Shown: piece after piece, positions 48,040 through 62,204 of the stretch | Position numbering within the stretch: the first letter of the stretch is position 1 | Layout: each line of letters opens with the position of its first letter | Assembly: GCA_973895155.1 (NCBI GenBank) | Contig: OZ316896.1 | Coordinates: 6,748,166-6,812,165 of the forward strand | Origin: Marsupella aquatica | Taxonomy: Eukaryota > Plantae > Marchantiophyta | Direction: 5' to 3' | Length of the DNA stretch: 64,000 nucleotides | Program-made: the position numbers and the translations under genes | Notes under the pieces: generated by a model | Databases searched by the model: none | What the model was told of the DNA's origin: nothing | The model's input: the letters and a program-made list of their open reading frames with translations, nothing else

Positions 48040-50988
48040 AATTGTAGCTCAGGTCCTGTAACTCTTCAATCTCCACAACGCAAACGAGAATGCAAAAAGT
48101 TCCAGAGATTCAAATGCTTGCAGCCCTCGACTAAAAGCAACTTCCTGCGCCAAAATGCAATGTCATTCCCTCCCGCATTCCCTCCCCTGCTACCTAATCA
48201 AGGATCACAATGTTGCGGTCTTCTCCAACTGGCACATTGCGCAACATTCAAACTGGAGTACGCATCGTGAAAGTTGATTCAACGCGACAAAAAGGAAATA
48301 GAAAGGAAGTGCGCACTTTGCGCCCAGGTCTCCCTTGATTGCAGGCAATCCTACGGTTTGGATCATCCTTCTAGCAGGAAGGGTCAAGATCCAACAATGC
48401 TACTCCCTCAACCACCACCATTGATCTTCATTGCCACCACGGCACGGTCCGGATTTGCTGACCTTTCTAATTTTGAAATGATAGGAGGTTACGGTAGTAA
48501 TGTCTTTTCGGCCCTTCCTCCCTCCAACGTGATTGTACTTGCAACAACCTCCTCCCTCATCATTACATGACTTGTAGTACTAACTATACTATGAGCTTTG
48601 TTGTAGGGGTGGTATTAGGAGGGGTATTATTTTGCTCAAATTAGACCCCTCTGTTCAAGATCCAATCTCACAGAACCAGTGTCTTTCTCTCCACACAAGA
48701 ATTTGAGTAGACTCTCACAAATATTCTTCTCAATGTGCATTACATCAATGTTATGTTTGCTTGGCTCAAACTCCTGCACAGTTGCAATGCAAGAGCATCA
48801 GTAAATGCCTCTAGTTTAGTCTCTCTCTTCAAAATGAATGCACATGCTCTGAACCAAAACATGTATCCCAATTAGCATCAACTCCAAGAGGCTTACCCTC
48901 CAATACTTGAGCTCCAAGTCAAATATGCTCTGTCTTTTTACAGCATATCGCTTTATTGGATCACTCACTCCATCTTCCCTGCCCCCTCATTTGATATAGT
49001 CATCCCTCAGTGCTCCCCACTACCTGATCTCCTCTTTGGTCACTCGTGCCGAGGGTCCACGTTGCTCAATTTCATTGCCAAAGTGTGCAATCAGTGCCTG
49101 TCTTTCTTTGTAAGGGTGATCTGCCTTCAGAAAACGACGATGGCCCATGTATATGACTTTCTGTAGGGCTCTGGAGTACTCACTGGTGACATTGCGCCCA
49201 CAGATAGTACAAGCACAATATCATTTTGTTGTTTGGCCTGATATCATCCCATGGGCTGGGTAGTCAGCTATAGTCAGAATGACGATGGCTCTAAGGATGA
49301 ATGGGTTTAACTTCCCAAGCCTCTGTAAGACATCATATGTGAGAACTCCTTCCTCCCAAAGTTTTCTCAATTCCTCCACTAGGGGAGCCAGAAACACATC
49401 TATGTTGGCAGATACAGCACTATTTGGCCCTTGTATTAATAGGACCATCAAAACAAAAAATCATTTTGTAGTCATCCAAGGAGGGAGGTTATATAATTCA
49501 AAATCGTTACAGGCCAGCACAAAAATTTGTTGTTCTTGTCTCCAAATGGGTTTACCCCATCCAATGACAGCCCAAGTCTGACATTCCTTGGCTCAGCAGC
49601 AAATTCGGGATACATCTCATCTATGAGTTTCCACTGCCTTGAATCTGCAGAATGTTGTTGTAGCCCATCAACACTTTTCTTGTCAGTTGCCCAAGTCATC
49701 ATCTCTGAGATGACACGGCTTTTGAACATCCGCTGAAGTCTGGGAATGAGTGGAAAATGACAAAGTACCTTGGCGGGAACCATAGACTTTCCTGAGTTCC
49801 GATACCTGTGCTTCCCACACTTAGGGCATGTCAACGATTCTGCATACTCCTTTCTAAAAAGAACATGCCCATCAGGACAGGCATGGATGGAATAAAGTTC
49901 AATCCAAGATTAGATATGCATCTTTTTTCCTCGTACATGTTCTTGGGAAAAATATTACCATCTGGTAGCACAGTTGTTCGCAAGAATGCCAACAACTCAA
50001 AAACTAAAACGTTGGGGACATTGTGGTTGTCGCAAATGTTCAGGAACATGATGACAAATTCCAGTTTAGAACATTTGCTACCGGGATACAAAGACTTCCT
50101 GCCTTCCTGTATTTGCAGGGGAGAGCCAAACATCCCATCATGCCTAGGGGTTTCCTGCCCTATTTCAAACTCATCAAGAGGCTCTTTGACTGGGGGCACA
50201 CTTGCATCTGCAACCGGTATCCTCTTCGTTGTCCAGCCCATCGTGAAATGCATCCAAGTCTTGGAAGATGTCTCTCACTATGTCTTCCACATGAATTCCT
50301 TCGTCACGTGGTGTTGCCTGAGCACCATCCCGTTAGAAGGCTGACAACCCACAGAGACCAGCTACAACATTTTCAAATGCACTAGACAGAACCTTACTTG
50401 CCCGTCTTGCAGCATTGGCAGCATCAAATTCTAACCTCCACTCCTCGTCGGAAGAATCTTCCTCTGTAGGATCATTCCAAACTCAATGTTGTGGATCTCT
50501 TCCATGAACTGCGATATGCCGCCAAACCTCATTCAGACCCCTGGTACGGGATCCTTGGCAGATTGCACAAGGACATCTCATCTTGCTGGCTCCTGAAAAT
50601 CTGGTTCGTAACCTTTCATGCTGCCAAAGCTCATTATCATGGCATAAAATCCTTGTGGGATGATGCAAAGGCAGTGTCTGTGCCCTGGGCTGGGTTTGGG
50701 GAGGGTGGTGACCAGGGTGCATTGTAACAGGCCGAAAGCTCTGCAATCATGGACAACAGTGAACAAGGATGCCTACTGGTGGTATTTGTGTTCCATCCCT
50801 GACTGTATCTGCTAAAAGAGTTAACATAACATGTAATAAATGTACACAAACCCTAAACCACCCCAAAAGAAAAAAAACAGGTTCTTGAGTAGTGTACCTA
50901 TTGTCAAGTGAATGACACAAAATTCCTAAATGTTGGAGGGTGTCACCACCTCCTCCGCTGTCCTCAAATGTACCGCCTCTGCATGTAC

Positions 50989-51698
50989 ACCCCATGACCA
51001 TATCAGAGTCCAATCATGTAAAGTCAAAGTCAAAGTCAAATTCTAAACTCCACGACGACCCAATGAGTCAAGGGAGCTGTGGCAAAAAAGCCAAATACAA
51101 AGCAAAGAAATGAATCAAATGCTCATGCTCATGTATAGTCATAGGCACAGGTGTGAGAGCCGTATCAGATATCTCACCTTATTACCAGGTGAGATATGGG
51201 TATCAACCCTATTCTCGATGCCACTCAGACCTCAGGTACTTACCATGGGGGTCTTGCATCCGTGCCTACAAGCAGTGGATGCAATGCCCTCCACTGGGGG
51301 CAAGTTGCTACCAAGTCCCTCCACCGGGTATTAATTTGTCTATATTTGCAGATATCTTGTGCGCAAGACACCACAAGAACCCTCGGCCAGACATGTGTAA
51401 AGAACTATATCATCTGCCAAATCAGGCAACAAGGAACCACCTACAACATCGTGCTTGTCTAACTCATCTGTTGAAAAGTAGATGTCCTCTTCGGACTGTG
51501 CATCCTCATTCACCATAGATTCAGCGTCTCTTGCATCCTCGGGCGGTGCCAAGAAATGTTTTAGCACCAACCCATGCAGGAGAGTCCAAATTGTGGCCAG
51601 CCATATGACAACCCGGAGGAGGAGCCGTAATAGCGCCTATTGATCTAGGAAAGGCAACATACCCACCAAAGTCTGCCGCCAAGATTTGACCCCACCCA
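50989..51698 (-). pseudogene. F-box-like cargo gene fragment present only in copy B
   Basis: SLLPDLADDIVLYTCLA resembles the LipgLPDDia..CLaR start of plant F-box(/kelch) proteins. The segment is bounded by GTAC at both ends, and A has a single GTAC. Confidence 0.55.
51021..51128 (-). mobile_element. 108-bp 3' fragment of the (TTTGAC)n-tailed LINE, TSD TCATGTA
   Basis: Matches 38765-38869. TCATGTA at 51014-51020 and 51129-51135. Confidence 0.85.
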
Positions 51699-54600
51699 GT
51701 ACGTTTACAATGACACCCCCAGGCAGCACGAAACAACAATCCGCCAACAGTCAAATAAGTCCAACTGCCACCAACCATAACAAGGTACATTAGTTCAAAG
51801 ATCACATTTATTTCAATGATGTGATTTATACAAAAAAACTTGTGTCCAAACTGATGCTACTACTCCTCACTCTGATTCAAAATTGCTAATGACCCATTCC
51901 TGACTTGTTGTCTCATAGTCCTCTCTGTAAGGATCCTGACCCTTCCGTGGCCAGGCCTCAAAAAGATCATCTAGTCCATTGGGTTTTGACGCTTCCCAAC
52001 TGCTACTGATTCCACAAGCCAAGCATATGAAACCACAAACACATTATGGGACATGACATAAAAGCGAATGTCTCCCTTCCCAAATTTGCGGCAGGCTTTG
52101 GGATATGACTTAGTAATGACATGAGTGGTGTCCTCTATTATATTCTCCTCCACTGTCCCACCTAGGTCAAGCACTGTGGACTTGTACACTTTGCACTTAA
52201 CCTCTCCAATTCCCGCCTCCACAAATACCATGCTCAGCCCTTTCAAAATGGGGGTTGGTTGCTTTGTCTCCTCAGCCAACATACTCTTCAGCCTTCTTGA
52301 GCTCTGTCCTTTGTTGAGTACAGGTCCATATTGGACATCAGCAAGCCGTGCCTTTGCTTCCCAGACTTCTTGTTCAGCCCAAGCTGATGCAGTAGCTTCT
52401 TCATCCTCCCACAGTTTGTATTGCTCAATATCTTGTACAATCTGATGTGCTATGGAATCTGTGATCCAAGAGGGCTCAACTACTTTTAGGCCTTGCTCAA
52501 TAATTGTAGAATTCATGTAGGACCATGACCACTTCTTTATCACTGATAGCCATGTCCCTGCAACAACATGTGTAGTCTCTGGAGTGATGTCCTGAACTAC
52601 AGTGCCATGGAGCTCAAAGAATTGTTTCTGTACAGTTGGCCAATGCACTTTGGTCAACCCATGCTGGCCATGGACCAAAATGACTCTGACCCCTGTAAAC
52701 ACTGCTGGGTGGTCACACTTTCTACGTTTCCCAGGTTCCATGTACACACACCCTACGTGATCAGAGAAAATTTTGGAAGAATGGGTTCACCTGACAATAT
52801 AAGGACAACAAAATTCTTGCTTTTTGAGTTGATCCGGTACATTGGTGCTCAGGTCCGAGTTTGATAGGTACAGGGGATATGTGAACAAGACGTACTAGGC
52901 ACCTACACGGATGCAGGACATTGTTTGAATATATACTAGAAAATCCATATCGAAGGTGAAATGAAGTGCAACCAACTTGTCATGGCACATACATATTTTG
53001 TTGTAAAGGAGGATACATTCAATGACAAACTTATAGGGCAATTTGATTAATTGCATGCCTCATAATTTATATGCTTACAATTTTGAAGTCCTGTTTTAAT
53101 TTAGCAGCCTGATGAGAGTGTTTATGAAAATGACCACTCAGCCTAAATACTTCCAAGAAGGCTTGTAAGGATAAGTTTTTATGGGCATGTACCCAGCCAC
53201 TAACGCTAGAGCACAGGATAAGTGCTGCCTGTATAAACTCGCCTACCCAACTCCTTTTCAAAATTGGAATCTCTGCAATCTCCAAAAATGGTACATCCAC
53301 ATTAGGTGCACTATGCATGTACAATGTTTAGCTTCACAGCCAAGATATGTGATCTCTCACAGGAGTGCGCAAGGTAGGATCAATGGTATGGCAATGACAA
53401 TAAAATATCCATCGATCAACACCATGTGTAGAGTGATCATAGATTTCTCTGTCACAAGCATAACCCTCTGCTTGACGATCTTTCAAGCAATGATAGTGCC
53501 ACATAGTGGGAAACCTAGCACAGTGGACTATGTCAGTCCAGTAGTCATCATCATGCTCACCACATGCCTTGCACTTATGAAGTGGGCAAGCTGTGGCATG
53601 ATCAGGCAAACACTCAAAACAGAAAAATCTCACACAAAAATAGTTTGGACATTTCCTAACATTTGCTGCAGCATCAACAGAGCCCTCATAGGACCCCAAC
53701 TTCTCACACTGTGCACACTTAGCCTGCTTCTCCAAACAATCAGTGCACGGATTCTCCTTGGTGTGTTGACGGGAGGCCCACCCCTGGACAGTTGTTTTCT
53801 ACAGCAAGGTCAGACTTCAGGTTGAGGTGGAAATGCCTCATGCAAGGGCCTTCACAGATGACCAGGCCCCCACCATCATCACAAATGACACAACAATGAG
53901 CTGCCTTCTGGAAAATCTGACTTGCGGAGAAGTTAGTAACATCTGCCCCAAGTACACCAGTGTTTCTCACCTATGTCACGTTTTTTTGCTTGAATTTTAG
54001 GGCGTGCCATGCCTGCACATGAGATAGACTCCACAATTTAGCAGACTGCACAGAAAGTAAAATTTAGCATGCAAGGTACAAAGGCTTTGCTACTGCAATG
54101 AATTGGAATGGTCACACAAGGATGGAGAGCAAATATACTTTTGGTATGTTGAGCCAACACACAAAACTGATCCCCTAGTACAATTGCTCCACCAACACCT
54201 CAATTTTAATTGTGGCTACGATTCACCAAAGGAGATCTGCAATAACATTTCATGCATTTGAATCACATACAATAGTCGTGACATGTAAAATAGGCATTCT
54301 TCGAAGAGGATTGGTATGAAGCAGTGTCATAAGGGTTGAAATTTATACATCCTATTTAAATAGGCTATGATAGTGGCTGAGACAAATAAGTCAGGCATAA
54401 ATCACATTTTTCAGGTTGTCACATGACCCATTAATTCATTGAACGTTGCAATGTTCACCAGGTTAAAGCAATCATGAAAACAATCTTTCAATAAAGACTT
54501 TTAAGTGAGTTTGCTAGTCTCTTAAATTAGGATATTTTGCTTAATGCAGGCATAATAGGATAAGTTATGTACTGTTGACCCTAAACCCTGGACCCAAAAT

Positions 54601-57600
54601 TGCTCATACATCAAAATTTTAAGTAAATATCCTCTGTGTTGAAGTCATAGTGTTAAGCTATAGGTCAATGGTCTCTGGTCTGTGCACGTGGTGTGACAAG
54701 TGGTCCTCTAGAGCATGTGATCCAAACATGTGTAGACACCAAAGTCACCAGTGGTGAGGTCTGGGAGGGCAGGACAAGTGACATCACCAGGCACCCTATA
54801 GGATGGCGAGTGGTTCCAGATGATACATTGTGCTCTGTGAAAATATCGACATCCAAGAGAATGGTCATCCAACTCTGGGCCAGAAGCTCTACAGGCTTGA
54901 CAGTCATATTGGCAATTGTGCACACACCCTTGGCACCTAATTTGTGGCAAGTCATGTACAAGAGACACAAATACCAAGGATGTGGGGAAGGGTATTGAAG
55001 CAAGTAGAGGTTGACTGTAGTTGTTCCTGGCAACAACAGGGTACTCAATGTACCATGCAAACTAGGCTGGAAGGATCCCAAGTCTGACATACTCAAGGCG
55101 CAACATCTTTGCCTTGTGTGCAAGTCGTACATGTTCAGCGTTGCGGGTCCTCACCATAATTGAAGCTTTTGTTGTGATGTCCTCTGTTCACGTCCTTTGA
55201 CGAGCAAGGTGAGCAGGAGGTCAACTTGCCTGGCCAACAACAACCAACCTAAACTTATCAGTTCCCACTGACTGTCTTGGTTCCAACTACAGGTCACAGT
55301 ATACACAAAGCATGAAACGTGCATAGTACATATTTGATGGTGAGTTTATGAGTATCCTAAGACAAAGAGCTTGCTGAAGACGTGGTTCCTACATGCTTGG
55401 CGGGAAGTCTTACACTCATTTGCTATCTGGCCAGTGTTTAATTATCATTGTTACAGCATCACTCAATTGTTCTCCTTCACTTAAACTACGAGTGAGACAA
55501 TACAAACTTTACCAAGTACCACTGGTGTAGGCAATATGGAGTCTGAGTCTACCATCATTGTTCAGAATGATGGTGAGGAAGGAGACAACCAAAATTAGAA
55601 AGAACCCAATACCAAACTTAAGGTGGCCTTACATGTCATTCCTGTATTTATCTTCACAGCAAAGTGAGAACTTAGACAATGAATGAAGCACATGGGATCA
55701 TGGTTATAAAAAACAAATATACTACGCCCCTGTCTGAACTTCCAGAATCAGATAAATAACATTCAAAATCTGTCCAGGTTTGTGCAAAGTGTATATATTC
55801 ATTCTTCTGGAATGAACACGTAATGCATACATCACCTAGGCACAGTCATTATAGATCATTGGGCAATTGGGGACCACTAAACAGGTGTGTTCCTATTTCG
55901 AGGCTACAGGAAAGGATAGAGTGACACCAAACTCAAGAGTAGACCAAAAGAAAAACAGCAAGAACCAAAGTCAATCACGTGTGGATAAACTACACATGGG
56001 AAGTTCCCCTGAAGAAGCATCAGTTGCTAACATTGTCACCCAAACCACACCCAGTTTATTACCTCAATGTCTTCAGCCTCAATATCCAATCCTCAGCCCA
56101 AATTCTTCTGTGTTTGTTCTGAAAATTTCTGTGATGAAATGATTATTCAATAGCAAAGAGATCTCAATCAAAGAAGAAAAATAGTTAGTGTGAATGCAAA
56201 TTTCTCAACACTTAACAAAATTCAAACCACCAATTCAATTTGTAAGTTTCAGGAACTTGCCTTTACATGAAGAGAAACTAATTGGCCATGCATGTTACTA
56301 AAACAATAAACAAATAATTAGGTTCAACACACAGGCAAACTACTCTAAACATGCTGCTGAGAAGTAGCATTTTTTGAATCTCAAACTATGTGTAAGTGCC
56401 ATGATCATGCTCCTACGTTTCACAAGGAGGGCTGGCCCGAAAGGGAGAAGCAACAATGTGGAGACATACACGTAGCACAAATCCCAGTTTAGAAGTGGAT
56501 GAAGTTCAAACAAGAGTTCAGAATTGCCATTTGAGATTGCCAATCTGAACTTCAGATTCAGACAGGACTTCATCCAATTTAGGAGTTCAAACAGGAGTTC
56601 AAACAATCTGAAGAGGACTTTGGACTTGAATGAGGGACAGCGTGGCCATATAGTTATCCTTGTGACCTTCAGCTGCGTGTCTCAGGCTGAATTTCACTTT
56701 CCAGTTTTGAGAGTTGTGAAGGTCTAGTTTTAGTAACTTCCCTCTGACTTGACTTGGGAGCATTTGACCTATTTGCTAGCTTGTAGTTAGCTTTGACTCC
56801 TGTCAGCTTTGTTGACGACCCTCTTGAGATATAAACAATTAGAACAAACACAAGTTGTCAAGACAGATTCCACCGGAGCAAAAAGTCCAAAATCAGGTGA
56901 ATGAAAACCTAAGGAGAGAAAATAAGAACGAAAGTAGGAAGGCAAGCACACGGGCCACCGAGAAAAGTAAAGGATGCATGTGATTAGTGGGGAGGGATCT
57001 TAGCAAAAACAGGGGAAAGCAAGGGAACTAGCGGTTAAAATCAGCTGAAAGATGCACGGTTCCTATAAATTTCAACGGTCTTGAGGTTGTCTGTTCACCC
57101 CCCACCCCACCGCCGGAGCACGGGGCACAAGGCATGTTTTGATACAAGGAGGAGCAAAATAGTCATGTCAAGCAAGAAGTGTGGAGAGACCAATCAGTAA
57201 GCAAAAATAGGGGAGAACAAACATACATCAGCAGTAGCAGGAAACAAGAAAGATGATTTGGGAAAGCATCTTAGGGTCGGGGACACAACTGCAACACCGG
57301 GACTTAGGATACGGCTTGTTCTTAATCTGCTGATAGCATCCGACAGGCCGGCGACCCATGGCAAAAAGGCAAAGCAGCAATCTGCCATGTAGCAATAGAC
57401 GAGAGCAGGGATGACGACGACAAAAGATGGTCGATCCAAAAAACTACTGAGTCTCACCTGTGCGCTACTGACTGTCACCTTTGTCCAAGGTAGCGAGTAA
57501 TAGCAAGTTGAAGTCCCGCTCCAAGTTGTCGGCTTCCACTCCAAGCTCCCTAAAAGATTGATGCCTCAGGTCCAAGTTGTCAGCTCCCACGCGCAACTCC

Positions 57601-60409
57601 CTAAACCTACACACAGCGGCTGCTTAGCTCACCAACAGCTTGCAGAAACAATGACCTCCCCTCTGAAACTGATAAAAACACCTGAATACAAATAGTGAAG
57701 CACGAGGACAGAATAGGGAGAAGAGTTTTGCAGTTTGGGACGACAATGCTAGGAGTGTATACACTTCGGGCAACAGGAAGGTCCAATAACAGTCTGAATC
57801 AATAGGATGAAGCAAAACCCCTAAAGTTGCAGCTTGGCCATACTCTCCTTCCTCACCTGATAGCGCTAGGCATTCAACCTCCCTCTTCGATGAACCTCAC
57901 AGCAGCTTGAAGGTGGTAGATTTTACCTCGTCTCCTGAGCAAAAACGTCTGCATCAGCTGAACAGAGCTATCGCATTTAGCCTCCCGACTCCAAAATTGA
58001 GCGCAACACAACCTCCAACTCCCAACGGCAGCTCAGTAGGTTGATCAGCTCGGTAAATGCAGGTCAATCAACCTCAATAGCCACACTAGAAGCTCACCGC
58101 AAGTCACTCAAAGGCCAAACTAGAGAACTAGCGTAGCAAAAAATGATGAGACCAATAGCAATTACCACAAAGCTTCAAAATGGCAGGTGTGTTGTTTGAT
58201 CCCCAACAGATTAGCATAGAAATCCAGACAACATTGTACCGCAACACACTCTCCTGCAGAACTTTTGATCGATTAGCATTCGCAAACGCAAACGCAAAAA
58301 TCCCTTGCGCTTCTACCTTGCTCCTCGATCCCTTGCGCTTCTACCTCCCTCCTCGTTCTACCTTGGGCTTGAACGAAACTTCAACAAGGAATAGGGTTGT
58401 GGTATGCATTGGACAAGAAGTCAGTGAGTGAGGTAGTCAAGTGACACGAGAAAAACCGAGAGTAGAACTAATCGCACCAGTAGTGGCAGCAAAAGACAAA
58501 TCAGATGAGATGAAGACCCCGACAACAATGACATATCCAGAATGACGAGCAGCGACTTATGCAATAATGTCAAACCTTGATCAAGCGCTGCTGCTGCGCT
58601 TGCACGCCATCGCCATCTCTAGAGCTCTCTTCTCACCTGACAAAATCAATCACGGATTGATCTACAAGCTGGATATTGGAGTCTGCATCTCTCGCCCGAG
58701 GCTTCCGATCATCTGCTCTGGTCCAAAGCTCCCAAAAGTATAGAGGGCAGATGTACACTCAAGCACGACAAGCGGGAGTGAAGTCTGTAAAGCTCCTTGC
58801 ACAAAACCCTTCACAAAACCTTCAGGCACGACGGTTGTTGGTAAGCACAATGGACATCCAAGTTTTTCCTTGACAAAAACCTCCGAGTTCCCGCGCACCT
58901 TCAACTCCCATTTGCACTTTGCTGGCGTGTTTCCTATTGAAAAACCCGTGCACCCTAAACTCATGTCCAAAGGCACACTCACGCATAATGCATACCTTAA
59001 CACTTAGTGAGAGAACTGAACCCAATGACACTTGACCACTTTGCGTTGACATGAGCCGTTGAGACGCATGTTAGTACCCTAAAGCAAATTTGACACAACA
59101 CTTTGTGAGCAAACGCACAGGGCTAGGATTAACCTAACAATAGCCTTGTTGCATATTCATTAATTAAGAGCATAAATGATGAGCCTAAAAGAAAATACTA
59201 TCTAAGATCAAGCCTTCTTCATATGCATATGTACATGCATGCAAAAATACAGATAGCCTATAGCATGCAAAAATATAGTAGGGGGTGGACATCCAATGTT
59301 CTATGGCTGATATAGAGGGTAGGACAAGTGGTTTAGATGGGAAAAATTAGAGATTGACTACAAAAAGCATTAAGTTAGGTTAATAGCAAGGTTTGACAAA
59401 GCCTTTTTTTGTTTGAATGGGGCTGGGGCTTCATTGTGTCTATTGGGGTCAGGAGTAATTATGGTTTTAAATGGTATGACTAAACTATTATTAAATTGAT
59501 GTGGAATGACTTATGGTGTATCCAAAATCATATTTATTTGGTCGCGGATCCCATACTTTAAGGTTTAAGGGTTCAAATGTAGTGGTGTCATAAGTTGTAC
59601 TCTAATGTAGAGTCACTTGTATAACTTCACGCTAATTGCCTTAACTGAGTTATAGTTGCAACTTACCTAAAAGTTGTAAACATGACTCGGCAAAACTTCA
59701 CCAAAACTCAGTCAAGAAGGTGTGACTAACATGACACCAACAACCTTGGAGTCGCTATTTCATGAAGGTCTTGGACAAGTCATTTATGGGAGGGTCTCAA
59801 AATGGGTGGATTTCTTCTAGTGTACAGATGCCTCCACAATATTCAAACGATCACCCAATTTACTTTTCACTCGAGGGAGTCCACACTCTAATGACTTCAA
59901 CTGTTCACACATCTCTGTCAGAGTTGTAACAGTTCCCTATCATAACACACCTTACATATCTCAGATAACTGTCCCCAAGAATTGGTTGCTTTCTTCCTAC
60001 TACATTTACTTCTAATGCTGAAGGCCAAATAGTCTACGAACATATAGAATTACAACATAATCACCTGTTTGGAAGTCACACTTGTCACCTCACTCCTTTA
60101 TTTCATGAACTCCTCTCTCACTTCTTGTGCTAATGGTTCTTCATCTGTCAATTTCTTCTGCATGCCACATCAACATACATATGAATGAAACCAAGTGTTG
60201 ATCGTCAATGAAAATGTAATAATGGTAGCAAGATGATAAGTTTGAGGCTTACTATTAGACATGTCAGTGCCTTACCAATTGTTCTTTTACTGGAGCATAA
60301 CTTCCTCTCCTAGCTTGTGAAAGGTGTTTCACTTTGCCTTGAGCATTTGACATCAGTTCACTCTTGCTTTGCCCAGCCTCCGACATGAACCCTTTGATTA
60401 ATCGTGTCC

Positions 60410-62204
60410 ATTGTGGCAAACAGCGGACTAGGTGATCTCCTTTCCACATGTAACGCTTAGACTGTTGTTGTATCCGATCCCTTTGAGTAGTGGAGCCTGG
60501 TGGGTACTGCTTGTGCTGCAAGAAATTCAGAGTGTCCAAATCCTCCCAGATGTCCACAATTGATTGGTCAACAATGTTGCAACTAAGCAAGGCAAGATAG
60601 GCAGAGGCCTCAAGTGTAGAGCTAGGACTAGCATGATCAAAATCTTGCCGTGCATCTGAAAAATCTGTTGAAGTGATCAAAGGAGTGCGAGACATGGTGT
60701 CAGCATTCTGGTGAGTAATTCCAGGTCTATGAATAACTTCAAACTCATATTCTTGCAAAATGAGGGCCCAACGAGCTAGCTTGCCGGTAAGCTTATCATT
60801 GGTCATCAACCACTTTAGTGGCTGGTGATCGATAAAGAGCATGAACTTAGTGCCATACAGGTAGGGTCTGAAATGTATGATAGCCCACACAACAGCCAAG
60901 CATTCACCTTCATAAGAGGAGTAGTTGCTCGCAGCCTTGTTATTGCTCCTAGACGCATAAGCAATGACATACTCCCTCCCGTCCTCATCAGATTGACCCA
61001 GAATGGCACCAATACCTAGAGCACTCCAATCTGTATGCAAAATGAATGTTTTGCTGAAATGAGGCCTTCTGAGAACAGGGTAACTTGATAACTTTCCCTT
61101 CAAAGTTTCAAATGCCACCTGAGCGTCTTCAGTCCATTTCCAGGTAACATCTTTCTTAAGCAACATGTACAATGGGTGAGCAATGATGCTAAAGTATGTA
61201 AATTCTGTAGTAATTACATAGACCAATGAAGCTTTGCAAAGTGTGAGTATCAGTAGGCTTGGGCTTCTCAAGAATAGACACCACTTTAGCCCAATGAGCC
61301 ATAGTGCCATTTGGAATGATTCGATGCCCAAGGTAAACCACTGAGGTAACAGCAAACTCACACTTCTTGGGATGGATCTTCATATTAACATTTCTTAGCC
61401 TCCTGAACAACTCTTCAAGATGTAATAAGTGTTGCTCAAAACCCTTGCTATGAACTAACACATCATCAATATAGCATTTTAGGAAATTAGCACCTTCTAG
61501 TACTTGATCCATCACCCGTTGAAAAAAGACGGGTGCATTCTTCAGTCCAAATGGCATCACCAGCCATTCCCACAATTGATTGCTCCAATGAAAAGTTGTC
61601 TTCTTACGGTCCTCAGCCAGAATAATGATCTGGTTGAAGCCTTGCCTCAAGTCTACGAGGGTAAAGATATCAGAATCTCCAATGGAGTCAAAGAGCTCTT
61701 CAGCGATAGGCATGGGTACTTGTCTTGAGTTGTGACCAGATTGAGTGGCCTGTAGTCCCCACACATCCTCTTCTCTGTCCATAGCCCACTAGAATCTTTC
61801 TTTGTTGGCATCACTGTAGCCGCTGCAAAGTCAGAGTTTGAGGGCTGGATCAGACCTGCTTCGTAAAGCTCTTTGCATCTCTCATCCACCAGCTGCCACT
61901 CATGCTTGCTCAACCGGTGTCTCCGCCGATAAATAGGTCTCTCATCGGTCAGCTCAATGGAGAATTGCATCACCTTGCACTTGCCCAAGTCTCTCATTGA
62001 GAAAGCAAACACATCTTCATAGCTCAACAGCAAATTCAGTACCTGATCCCGTTGCTTCTTACTCAACTGATTACCCATCACAAACTGGAAATTTGCAACG
62101 CATAGCGTAGAGCTAGTGGGTGTACTAGAAGAACTTGATGTGCTTTCCTCTTTGCCTGGTGTGATCTGGTCCATGCCATGCTCTGATTTTGAAATTTCAG
62201 TCAC
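60410..62204 (-). pseudogene. Gypsy reverse transcriptase and RNase H
   Basis: ORFs 61653-62204, 61189-61782 and 60264-61361 are linked by frameshifts. Similarity is lost after ...HLVRCLPQ. Confidence 0.9.

Larger units (their letters stand above)
41139..48645. mobile_element. 7.5-kb unclassified insertion in copy B TnpD, replacing 23 bp of target
   Basis: Homology to A stops at 41138 and resumes at 48646. AATGAAACCCCATCTTTGGTTGA is missing and there is no TSD. Confidence 0.75.
37439..59822 (-). mobile_element. CACTA copy B, inverted relative to A, decayed, 3'-truncated, with nested insertions
   Basis: 5' TIR TTCTTCTAGTG ends at 59822, with a subterminal region similar to A's 16787 end. Colinear homologs of the Cys-rich ORF, PHD (53334-54010), BRCT (51971-52747), TnpD (39498-41138, 48646-50746) and TnpA 5' exons, with stops and frameshifts. 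Confidence 0.92.

Noticed and set aside
41139-48645. Canonical Helitron
   Set aside because: TC and CTAG lie near the ends, but there is no A|T target, CTAG is not terminal, and there is no GC-rich hairpin or RepHel.
37439-59822. Assembly artefact duplicating copy A
   Set aside because: B has many substitutions, private insertions with TSDs and different internal segments.
59823-60409. Possible exon fragments between CACTA B and the Gypsy RNase H
   Set aside because: No recognisable domain; not integrase.
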